A stretch of DNA of 64,000 bases from Macrostomum lignano (Eukaryota). The notes beneath the pieces are model-generated. The model searched no databases and was not told the DNA's origin. It saw nothing but the letters and a program-made list of their open reading frames with translations. Shown here in pieces: positions 34,199-46,424 of this stretch. Location: the NCBI GenBank assembly GCA_002269645.1, contig NIVC01001502.1:1-64000 (forward strand). The letters run 5' to 3'. The first letter of the stretch is position 1. Every line of letters starts with the position of its first letter. A program made the translations under genes and the position numbers.

Positions 34199-37100
34199 AT
34201 GGCAAACTCTCCGCGCTGGTCGACCACCCGCTCGGAGGCCACCTCCCAGGGCGGACGGCTCGGCGCAGCCAGCCGGTTTGCCTCGGTGTCGAACCTGGTG
34301 GATCGGGAGCACCTGGACACCAGCCAGCCGCTGTTCAGCCTCATGAACCGCGGCGACGCCCTCCCGGAGGAGTTGAAGACCCGCAGCGGTTGGTCGCTGA
34401 AAACCGAGCCGCAGCTCAGCCAGCTAATGACGGCCATCATTGAGGACAACTACAACCGCATGCACGAGTTCCTGACGCAGCTGCGCGACCTCAGCACCAG
34501 GCTGTCCGGCTTCAAAATCGAGCTCCACACGCGATCCGGCGTGAAGATCGCCTGCCGCAACATGTTCCTTGGCCACATATTCTGCCTGTGCGCCAGTCCC
34601 CGGGTGCTGCAGCTCCTGCAGACGCACGACATCCTCTCTGTCAGCCTGTTCGCCAAGAAAGTCAATCTGTGCATCGATTTTGCACCGCAATCGGACCTGC
34701 CCGAGGACTCCGTGTTCGCGCTTGAACAGCGAAAATTCAACTGGCGCTCCGTGCCCAGCTACTTCATGGTCACTTTGCGCGACTCCTTCGACTCATTCGA
34801 CTGGCTGGTCAGGCACGGCTTTCTAAGAAAGCTCACCGACACCGACGAGGAAGGGCGAAACCTCCTGCACGCCAGCATTGAGTTGGAGAGTCCGTTTCTG
34901 ATGACCAACCTGCTGACGAAGGATTGCCTCGGCCACGCGACGCTGCAGTCGTTATTGCGTCAGCAGGAGCGCACGGCGCAGAGGCTGACGCCGCTGATGA
35001 AGGCCTGCAGCGTGGACACCACCGCAATGCTGTTCGTGCTGCTGCAAAGCCTACCAAAGCCGTTTCTCACCGGCGAGCTGGACGCGTCAGGCAAGTCGGA
35101 GAACCTCATCTGCGCCATCATCTCGCACGTCAAAGACCCAGCGGTGGCCTCGGAGCTGGTGGCCTTCCTGCTTAGTCGCGGGGCCACCCCTGACACCGCG
35201 TACTTTGACAAGCGCAGCTGCCTGGAAGTGCTCATCGGCAGCGAGCACTTCAGCGGGCACGAACTCTGCCACCTGGTTCAGTCGTTAATTAGAGCCGACG
35301 CCAAGGTTGATCTTAGCGTCATGATCAACTGCCTAAGTTGCACGTTCCGGACCGAACAGGAAATCTTGGAGATTGCCTGCGAGCTGCTCACGGCCTCCGG
35401 TGCCTCGGTGCTCAGCGACCCGCACCAGAGCGAGATGAAGGAACTGGGCGAAGAGTCGCTTGACATGGAGATGAACGTTGTGGTTCAGATGCTGCGCAAT
35501 CCGCAAATCCCCCCAGCGACTGTGAGAACTCTACTCAAGCACTTTTCCAGGCACGTGAGCATCTCCAGCATCTTTCCCAGCGTGCAACAGGTGAGAAAGC
35601 ATATTGCAGGTGGGGAATGACAGGTGCGGGGTATAACTGATGCATAAAAAGTAGAGTAATTGATTGAAAGTATTGACTGCCTGATGATTGAAGTGTAAAA
35701 AGCGTACTTTTCATTTCAAAAAGAAATTGGAGGTTAACAATTATAATTTTCGTTGTGTCAGTTAAGCAGCTTTACTGTACAGTGCAGAGCAGTTTGGGAT
35801 CAGGGTTGGGTTGGGTTTGAGTGACAAATTCTTTCAAGTGAAGTCCTTGATCCGCACTGGGGCCAATGCGGAATTGCCAACTGTAGCACTCGAGCTCTTC
35901 CACAGTGGGCACGTCATTATTGTACTGCGGTCGAAAAGGACTTTTCTTTCTTTATGACAGACTAACGTCTCTAGGTAACGATTATATGGTCGGAAACGAG
36001 TAGCTGTTTGAGGTTGAGATCAACTGTATACACAGTACAAAGAGCGAGCATGAATCCTTCCTTGCTAAAGTTAGTGGCATTTTTATTATAATCAAAAAAG
36101 GTAGAAAACTTTTTAGTTAATCCGAGACGACTTCAAACGACAACAAAGCACATTCTATTTTGTTTAAATTAGGGTTTATCAGCTCCTTTTTATGATAATA
36201 CGATCAATTTCGGCCTGCATGACCATAGTAAAAAAGAGTTTCACATGCGACCAAGTTTCTGTGCATGGACCCCGTGTAGATGCGCTGCCTTCTAACTTAA
36301 TAATTAACCATTGGAACAATAAGCTTGTGTACTGCGTCAGTTGCATGTATTATTAATACCTGGCTTGTAGTGCTGCTACCTGAGCCTATAGGTTGTATAA
36401 GATAGAATCAGCTGCATAGCATTAAATCCCTGCTATTACTAAGACTCGGCAATTTCTGGTTGATGACTCATTTTTCCTATCACTTTTCCTTCTCAGCTGT
36501 CCATGGCGCTGATCCAGGGCGTGCGCTGGGAGCTGAAACTGTCGCCTGTAGTTGACGACGCCAACCAGAGGGCCTCCCTGAGTCCCACCAGCCTGGGCCT
36601 CGTTTTGGAGTCGCTCAGCAGCTTCGCCGCCTCGACCAGCTCCGATTCGATTCGTCGGCAGCGCTACAAGGACAGCCTGTTCCACTGGATGATCCACTTC
36701 CTGTTCAGGGAGACCGACTTCAACGAGTCTCTGCTGCCCAAAGAGAAGCTTTCGCGCCTGCTGCCGGAGTATCTGGATGTAATTGAGGCGGCCCAGTTCG
36801 ATTTGAACGCCGTGGTGTACGGCAAGGTGTCAATATTCGCAGCCTTCGAGCCCAGCTGTCCCGGCTGGCTGTCGCTCAGCCTGCTGCGCAAGATGCCGGA
36901 CAGTTTTCGGTTGAACATTCGCGACAAGAAGTGCTGCAACTTGGCCGTAGTGCTGATGCGGACTTTTAATCAGCGCTACAAGATGCTGCTGGTGGCGCTG
37001 AAGACGCTGAAAGGCAAGGGTTTCAACATGAAATGCCAGGTGATGGGTCGCTACACCTTGCTAATGGCTTTCGTGGAGATCTGCGGCGCGGGTCTCAAGG

Positions 37101-40100
37101 AGATGGAGGCGGACGGCACCCTGGAAGAGGAACGAGTCCGCCAGTTCATGGAAGTCTTCAACTTTCTGCTCAGCGAGGGCATCGATCCTGGTCACAGCTT
37201 CACGCTCAAGGACGTCGATGACCGAGATGTGAGCATCAGTGCGCTGTCACTGGCTCTGTCTTTTGGCGTATCAATTCTGGTGCTGGACCTGATGCGACGG
37301 TTTCCCGCAGTTCTGATGAATGTCAGTTCCTCAACCATATTGGAGAGCATTCAAAAGTTCCCAGAGCTCTTGGAGATGCTCAATTCAAAGACGCCATGCG
37401 AAAGCCACGGCCATCACCACGACAGCCTGGACAATTCGGAACATTTAGCGCCCCCAAACGGGCACGGAGGCGGTCACAGTCATGGTACCCGCGACAACCT
37501 GGCATTTGAGAACAAGGCACATGAGAACGGACACGATTCCAGGGATTCAGTGATCCAGCGGTACTGGCATGAGTATGTCCAACGGCATCACATCGGCCTG
37601 CTCAAGTTGGCAATCGACGACGACGATGCACTTTCGATTCTAGTGCTGGTGTACGACTACTTCCTGACCTGCGACATCATCACGCAGGCGGTGGACGTCG
37701 AGACGGCCGAAGACCAGCCGACTGAGGGAGTCGCTTCGAAGAAGAAAAGCAAGGCCGCTGTAAAAAAGAAGAAACCGAAGCTGATGGTTGAAGCCGTGCG
37801 CATGGAGCAGGGCATTTTCCGCCAGCCCGACGGTGAACCGGATAGGATGAACTCCCGCCTTATGCGCGTCATGGCCGGAAACGCTACGCTGAAAAGTCAC
37901 CCGATGGTTACTCAGTACCTCGAGCGCTTCTACGTCGGCTCCTTCTTTGTCGCCGTGTTTATGAACTTGTTCCACCTGGCCTACCTGGCTCTGCTGGTCG
38001 GCCACCTGACCTGGGTCACCAACAACCCCAGGTCGGAGGCGGCTACTATTCCGGCTTTCATCTGATGCGCACCCCGGAGTCCTACCGGGTCACGGGCTAC
38101 TTCAACTGTCCCTACGCCAAGTGCCCCGAAATCGGCTTCTTCGTTCACCACTCCGCCGACTGCAGGTCTTTCAACTCCAGCTGCGAAGTGTGCAACGGCC
38201 GCCTGTTGGACTCTGCCCATTGCCTGAACGGCAGCGAGCCACGGTTCAATCGCTGCCCCGTGTACGACTGGGACCGCGGCTGGTTCTGGATCACGCCCGC
38301 CCAGTACGTGCTGCTGGCCATCACAGCGGCTTGCATACTCAAAGAGATCTACCAAGCTGTCACTAGTACCCGACAGTACTTCAAGGGCTGGTTCCAGAAT
38401 CTAATTGAGCTTACCATGTACACCCTGATCTTGCTCTCGTGCATCAACGTGTCCGAATGCCCCTGGTCCAGTGGCTTCAGAGAGAACTGGCAATGGAATG
38501 TGTCAGTTGTTGCCGCCTTTCTAGCCTGGAGCATGATGTTCTTCTACCTTTCCCGCTTCCAAGTGTTCAGCACCTACGTCATGATGTTCTACACGTCCGT
38601 GAAGACTGGCATGGGCGTGCTCATCTCTTTTCTTAGCTTCATCATGGCCTTCGTTCAAGTCTTCCACATGCTGCTGTACAATCATTACAACTTCAGAAAT
38701 TACTGGGTGTCGTTTTTCAAAGTTTTCGACATGATGACGGGCGGATTGGATTACAATGACATTTTCAGTGCAATCTACAACAGGGACGATGGAAAGCTCG
38801 ATTTGAAGGATCAGAAGCTGGTGAGTATAGTCTCTTTAGACCACTATTTTGTAATTAAATAGCTCTGGCTTTTTCTGCTAAGGTATTCTAAAAGTTTTGT
38901 GACTGTCTAATTTCATCGCCATAATGTCATTACGCGATTAACTTTGGCCATAATTGCATAGCACATTGCCTGCCGTCGCATTAGACCACTTGAGCTGCGG
39001 AGCTCTCTTATCTGAAATTAATTAGAACTGACTGGTCTGAGAGCTCTAAATGTACGCTCGTATAGTTAGGTGTCTGCCTAGTGGCTCTCGGCTCCCAATT
39101 GCAATGCTTTCAGAGCGCAAGTACAATTGATACCGACCAATTAATTAAAAGCTTCGCATCATATCCATTCATCCCAAACTGACCTACCATTATTCCAATG
39201 ATCTCCCAACACCCGTCTGCAGGTTTATGACGATGTTCTGACTCGGTTCGTGTACTTCTTCTTCGTGGTGACCATGCCGATAGTGCTCATGAATCTGTTC
39301 ATCGGTCTCATTGTTGGCGACGTGCAGCAGATCAATGCGGACGCGGAGGTGAAGACTTGGACGAACTGCGTCGGTTTCATTGACATGACGTGTGAGTCAG
39401 ACTTTTTAGCCAGCCTGCTAATGGATTAGAGACCTTCAATTTTCATCCGTTTTTGCGTCACCCTTTATATATCAGCATTTTTCTATTCGGCTTCGATAAC
39501 AAATTCAGACTCAATGATGCGGTGGAGCACCGTGTGCAAACGAAAGCTGAAGAAGCGTCGCCAGCTGCAGCAGCTGGCAGCCGCCGGATCCACCATGGAG
39601 CAAGGCGACTTCGAGGACGAGGAGAAGCTGGAAATTCGCAGCGTTCGACTGGACTCGATTGGAAAGCACGTGAGCTAAATACGAGGAGGCAGCTTGACTT
39701 GCATTGGCAGTCCCCAGTGTTATGAAGGATCTTTTAGGTTCAGAGAAGGGCTTTCGGTACAGTTGCTTCCGCAGAATTTTAGCATTCAACCATCCACGCT
39801 CTGCTTTAACCACTGTTGGCTCGTAAGTGTCCTTGGCGACTTCATATGATACCCGGTTTAAACTCCTTCCATGAAACCAATCACAAACTGTGTTGACCGT
39901 GATCGGCCAAAGAGATTTATCTACGGCTCGTTCAATGGTTAATGCGAAATCAAGGTTTTTTACGAGGGTACATTTTGCTACCCCTGAACTGCTTCAATAG
40001 TTTCTGGTTCGAATTTAGGGCCTAAACTGCAACCTTCGCCAGCTAGTAACTTTGCAGAGGGCTGTCAAATCAAGATGACCTACGTATTGCTGACCCATGG

Positions 40101-41367
40101 AAAGTGCACGAATTTGAATACATACGCTCGTAGGCGCACGTCACAACCGGCGAGAGGCATTACTGCCCATTCCGCCGACTCCCCTGAGCATGCACACAAC
40201 CGTGCGGATCCGTACGCAGTCATACGCACAGGCACACATCTTCACAGGAGTGAAGATGTACAGCGGCCCTAGCCGTTCCTTCACTGTGCCTTGGGGGTTG
40301 ACAGGGTGTAAAATGAGCCTTACTTTCCATCATCAGGCATGTAACCCTTAAGGAACTGCTGGAAGTTTACCACTGACCGGTTCTCCACACCCCTACCTTA
40401 CCTTTGTTGGTCTCGAATGTTACAGTTACAGCAAGACCAATGGACTCGAAACCGAACCCACAGGTCGTGACCGCCACCCTCCTTGGTCTGGTGAGCGGCC
40501 GGGAGCTCAGCCGTCGCCTGCTGGCTAGCGAGAAGCGCAAATTGAGAATCAAAGCGCTGGCCAAGAGTCTGCACAACCGCCTGCCCTTCCTCTACAACAG
40601 CTTCGATTTGAACGTGCAGTCTGGCGGCACTGACCAGTTCGACTTGGACAACGTGACTGAGTCCGGCGACTGGCATCACCATCATCACCAACACGTGTGC
40701 GACGGCAAGGACGGACAGCCGCTTCGACGGCTGGCTGTGCCGGAGGATGTCAAATCCGATGTGAGTCTCTGTTGTGGATGCCTTAGTGTACACATGTCTG
40801 CCTGTAAGGATGCCTTAGTGTCCACATGTCTGCCTGTAAGGATGCCTTAGTGTCTGAATGTCTGCATGTGAGGGTGTCTTAGTGTCTGTATGTCTCTGTA
40901 AGGATGTCTTAATGTCCGTGTGTCTGTCTATAAGGATGTCTTAGTGTCCGCATGTCTGTCTGTAAGGATGTCTTAGTGTCCTCATGTCTGCATGTAAGGA
41001 TATATTAGTGTCCTCATGTCTGCATGTAAGGGTGTCTTAGTGTCTGAATGTCCGTCTGTAAGGATGTCTTATAGTGTATGCATGTCTGCCTGTAAGGTTG
41101 TATTAGTGTCCGTGTGTCTGCCTGTAAGGATGTCTATTTGCGTGAATGCCTTGGCTTCTATCAGCTCTCTGTCAGTCTGTTCCGTCTGCCGTCTCTCTCT
41201 GGCTGTCCCGTCAGTGCCATCTGAAATCTAAAATAAAAAAGCACGCCAATGGAATGCAGGATCCATTCCTCAGGCAGAGGCGCGAGACAATCATTTTCCC
41301 GAATCGGTTAAACCGGCTGCGACCATCTTATGCGGTGGACTCCGAGGACAGCGAGACGGGCATGTGA
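34199..41367 (+). CDS. TRPA-like ankyrin-repeat cation channel (~1500 aa)
   Basis: Exons 34199-35590, 36497-38820 (1-nt frameshift at ~38027), 39223-39391, 39509-39669, 39718-39822 (tentative), 40464-40760, 41260-41367. Divergent ANK repeats (GRNLLHASIE, LTPLMKAC) and TRPA1-like TM segments: KEIYQ...YF...NLIE, WQWNV..VAAFLAW...LSRF, VFDMMTG, MPIVLMNLFIGLIVGDV. Confidence 0.88.
40790..41130. repeat. Degenerate ~30-bp intronic repeat (tgtctgcctgtaaggatgccttagtgtc)
   Basis: Direct reading. Confidence 0.8.
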
Positions 41368-41519
41368 CTCAATGCTGGACAGTGCAGGCATTAGCATTGG
41401 CTCTACTTGTACAATCACAATAGTCTGTGACCATTAATTACGGATCTCGTGGACATTCGTCCCTCATTTACTGAAAATAAGCCTAAAAACATATTGACTT
41501 TTGAATTACTGTGATTGTG

Positions 41520-41985
41520 ACCCTAAGCTGCTGTGGCTGTAGACTGTGACCATAGACTGTGACCATAGACTGATTATGGACTGTGATCTAAGACTGACCG
41601 GACTGTGACCATAGTCTGTGATCGCAGACTGAGACCAGACTGAGACCAAACTGACTGTGACCACAGACTGACTATAGACTGACCATAGATTGTAAACATA
41701 GACTGACCAGAGACTGACCATAGACTGTGCCCATAGACTGACCATAGACTGTGCCCATAGACTGACCATAGACTGTGACCATTGACTGTGACCACAGACT
41801 GAGACTAGACTGTGACCATAGACTGACCATAGACTGACCATAGACTGTGACCATAGACTGGGACCAGACTGTGATCGCAGACTGAGACCAGACTGAGACC
41901 AGACTGACTGTGACTATAGACTGACCATAGACTGACCATAGGCTGACCATAGACTGACCATAGACTGTGACCATAGAATGTGAAC
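41520..41985. repeat. 11/13-bp minisatellite (tagactgacca / tagactgtgacca)
   Basis: Direct reading. Confidence 0.9.
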
Positions 41986-42393
41986 TCTGATCATCTGACA
42001 GTTATATTGTCATATCAGATCACACAATAATTCACATCAGGTACTCAAATAATACTAGCAGCCATTTAGTTATTTGTATCCTGTTTTTTGCTTTATTCAT
42101 CTATTTTTTCAGCCAGTTTATAGTTTTGTAAATAAAGCGCCTAACTCTTTCTTAATGAGAGCTGAAAATCCTTTGGTTTACTCACTGTTTTACGACGTAA
42201 TGGTGGTAAAAAGTGCTCAAAATTCTAAATTCTGTGGCCTTCATTCCCTGATACAAACAGTGCGTCTACAAAAACCTTAGAAAATAAAATTAATCTTAAA
42301 AGATAATGTTTCTTATCTTAAAATTGGAGTTCTTTATTAAATATTGGTAATTATTTTACTTTATTTACTATTCGCCTCATTAGCACATGACAC

Positions 42394-43030
42394 ACCATTC
42401 ACAATTGATACCATTCACAATTGATACCATTCACAATTGATACCATTCACAATTGATACCATTCACAATTGATACCATTCACAATTGATACCATTCACAA
42501 TTGATACCATTCATAATTGATACCATTCACAATTGATACCATTCACAATTGATACCATTCACAGCTGATACCGTTCACAATTGATACCATTCACAATTGA
42601 TACCATTCACAATTGATACCATTCACAATTGATACCATTCATAATTGATACCATTCACAATTGATACCATTCACAATTGATACCATTCACAGCTGATACC
42701 GTTCACAATTGATACCATTCACAATTGATACCATTCACAATTGATACCATTCACAATTGATACCATTCACAACTGATACCATTCACAATTGATACCATTC
42801 ACAACTGATACCATTCACAATTGATACCATTCACAATTGATACCATTCACAATTGATACCATTCACAACTGATACCATTCACAATTGATACCATTCACAA
42901 TTGATACCATTCACAACTGATACCATTCACAATTGATACCATTCACAATTGATACCATTCACAATTGATGCCATTCACAATTTATACCATTCACAACTGA
43001 TACCATTCACAACTGATACCATTCACAATT
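42394..43030. repeat. 16-bp minisatellite (accattcacaattgat), ~40 copies
   Basis: Direct reading. Confidence 0.97.
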
Positions 43031-43629
43031 CATACCGTTCAAAATACACGCCATTCACAGTTCACGCCCTTCCTCTTTAACACCATTCACAGTTAATACC
43101 CTCCGCCATCATTCACCTCCATTCACTATTCACACTTCACGATTCATTCAATTAACCATTCACAACATTCAAAGCGCATACTATTCACAACTCTCGCCAT
43201 TCAAATTTTTGCGCCATTAATAATTCACGCCATTTACCATTCTCATATTGACAATCTCAATGCAAACTTCATTGGTGAGATTCACCATGCTACCAATATT
43301 TCGCAGCTTAAACCAAGTTTTACTTGCACAGCAGACTGGCTATAATTGTCACCTGTTTTACAGCTTGGCAATAAAATGATAATATTGTAGTTTAAATAAT
43401 TCTTTGCTCCCCTGTACGTTGTGAAATACCATGAGAAATGCGTTCACTTATCAAAATTAGTGGACCCGATTCTACTAGCCTACTGCAAGTAGAAAGTTAA
43501 GCATGTATATATAAAAATGGTTGTTATTTATTTATCTGACAAACGATACGCATGAGTTGCCGTATGTTAAACGGTTGTCACTTTTGTCATTCAGTTTCTA
43601 CACCTAAATTCGTTGTTTCCCCTCCGACG

Positions 43630-45320
43630 TTTCCCCTCCGGCATTTCCCCCTCCGGACGGCAGTAGATTGTCCCTCCGGCATTTCCCCCTCCGGACGGCA
43701 GTAGATTGTCCCTCCGGCATTTCCCCCTCCGGACGGCAGTAGATTGCCCCTCCGGCATTTCCCCCTCCGGACGGCAGTAGATTGTCCCTCCGGCATTTCC
43801 CCCTCCGGACGGCAGTAGATTGCCCCTCCGGCATTTCCCCCTCCGGACGGCAGTAGATTGTCCCTCCGGCATTTCCCCCTCCGGACGGCAGTAGATTGCC
43901 CCTCCGGCATTTCCCCCTCCGGACGGCAGTAGATTGTCCCTCCGGCATTTCCCCCTCCGGACGGCAGTAGATTGCCCCTCCGGCATTTCCCCCTCCGGAC
44001 GGCAGTAGATTGCCCCTCCGGCATTTCCCCCTCCGGACGGCAGTAGATTGTCCCTCCGGCATTTCCCCCTCCGGACGGCAGTAGATTGCCCCTCCGGCAT
44101 TTCCCCCTCCGGACGGCAGTAGATTGCCCCTCCGGCATTTCCCCCTCCGGACGGCAGTAGATTGCCCCTCCGGCATTTCCCCCTCCGGACGGCAGTAGAT
44201 TGTCCCTCCGGCATTTCCCCCTCCGGACGGCAGTAGATTGCCCCTCCGGCATTTCCCCCTCCGGACGGCAGTAGATTGCCCCTCCGGCATTTCCCCCTCC
44301 GGACGGCAGTAGATTGCCCCTCCGGCATTTCCCCCTCCGGACGGCAGTAGATTGCCCCTCCGGCATTTCCCCCTCCGGACGGCAGTAGATTGCCCCTCCG
44401 GCATTTCCCCCTCCGGACGGCAGTAGATTGCCCCTCCGGCATTTCCCCCTCCGGACGGCAGTAGATTGCCCCTCCGGCATTTCCCCCTCCGGACGGCAGT
44501 AGATTGCCCCTCCGGCATTTCCCCCTCCGGACGGCAGTAGATTGTCCCTCCGGCATTTCCCCCTCCGGACGGCAGTAGATTGCCCCTCCGGCATTTCCCC
44601 CTCCGGACGGCAGTAGATTGCCCCTCCGGCATTTCCCCCTCCGGACGGCAGTAGATTGCCCCTCCGGCATTTCCCCCTCCGGACGGCAGTAGATTGCCCC
44701 TCCGGCATTTCCCCCTCCGGACGGCAGTAGATTGTCCCTCCGGCATTTCCCCCTCCGGACGGCAGTAGATTGCCCCTCCGGCATTTCCCCCTCCGGACGG
44801 CAGTAGATTGCCCCTCCGGCATTTCCCCCTCCGGACGGCAGTAGATTGCCCCTCCGGCATTTCCCCCTCCGGACGGCAGTAGATTGCCCCTCCGGCATTT
44901 CCCCCTCCGGACGGCAGTAGATTGCCCCTCCGGCATTTCCCCCTCCGGACGGCAGTAGATTGCCCCTCCGGCATTTCCCCCTCCGAACGGCAGTAGATTG
45001 CCCCTCCGGCATTTCCCCCTCCGGACGGCAGTAGATTGCCCCTCCGGCATTTCCCCCTCCGGACGGCAGTAGATTGCCCCTCCGGCATTTCCCCCTCCGG
45101 ACGGCAGTAGATTGCCCCTCCGGCATTTCCCCCTCCGGACGGCAGTAGATTGCCCCTCCGGCATTTCCCCCTCCGGACGGCAGTAGATTGCCCCTCCGGC
45201 ATTTCCCCCTCCGAACGGCAGTAGATTGCCCCTCCGGCATTTCCCCCTCCGGACGGCAGTAGATTGCCCCTCCGGCATTTCCCCCTCCGAACGGCAGTAG
45301 ATTGTCCCTCCGGCATTCCC
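43630..45320. repeat. 38-bp GC-rich satellite, ~44 highly homogeneous copies
   Basis: Unit tg(c/t)ccctccggcatttccccctccggacggcagtagat; the 38-aa periodic minus-strand ORFs are by-products. Confidence 0.97.
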
Positions 45321-46424
45321 CCCCCCCCGGCGTTTCGATAAAAATTGACATGAAATAGAAGTGGCTGTATGGCTGTGAATGTGGCTGCTGTGTATTGTAA
45401 AAAAATGTAAAAATCTTAAAAGACGTAACAAAGCATTGTCGAACAAATTAGAAGAAAAGTTGTTCAGTTGGTTCAACAGATGATTCAGGCGCAGTCATAG
45501 GCATAGGCAAAACCGCGCAGGTTGGTGAGCAAACTTAGGTGAGGAAATGCCGGAGGGGAACACCGGAGGGGAAATGCCAGAGGGGAAATGTCTGGTAGCC
45601 GTACAAGGAAATTAAAGTTTATACCACGCTTTATTGTGTCCCAGAAATCCCGTCTGCTTGAAATATTGATCTTAACCAAGTACTAAAAAGGCGAAAAGTT
45701 ACGTTTCCATTTAATGCGTATCTCACCGAAAGCAGAGTCTGCTGCTTCAATTTTTAGGGGGGCCAACTCTTGTCGGAACAACGAATTTTGCAGAGAAGTT
45801 CTCCCCCTGTCCACAGTTGGCATGTTGCAGGGATCAAACCTCGATCTGCCGGGCCTGCTGCTCGCTAGGGAGCGTGCAGTACAGTGCGCAGCTGTTGCCA
45901 TCAACTGCTTCTCGATTGACTATTATAATACTAATCTTCTGAATCTCTTTCCCTCCATAATTTGAGTAGCTAGCTGTAGGCTACGCTTGAGACTGAGTAG
46001 GCGTAACGTGGCGCAGCACCTTGAGTCTCCCTTTCTCCTACACTTTTTGGTTTCCAACAAAGTTTTGCCTCAACAGTGCAGGTCTACCGCGCCTTTTAAC
46101 TAAAATCGGCAGAATTTTTTTCGTCTCGCTTTTTCCTCAACAGCGCTATGGGGAGTGGTTGAGTGGGGGTTGCGCAGGAGGAATATTTGGGGATCACTTT
46201 AAGGACGTGGGATTGGAATGGGGATTCCAATATCGATATTAGGCTAGCTACTGCACACGTAGGACTCAAGCTAGTGCAGTGCTTTGGCACGCAAATCTCG
46301 GGATTGTTTGGCGAGAGCTTCAAGTTCCTTTGCTAGACAACGGGTTTGATAGGAGTTTTAAGCAGCACGATCCAAAAACTCGCTCGTTGCCACTGCAGTC
46401 TCTACCAAGCCTCTAGGCAATAGA

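Noticed and set aside
43587-45476. Three 570-629 aa minus-strand ORFs
   Set aside because: By-products of the stop-free 38-bp satellite; all three frames give the same 38-aa cycle.
45790-45905. B-box-like GGTTTGATCCC on minus (tRNA-derived SINE?)
   Set aside because: No convincing A-box, tail or TSD.
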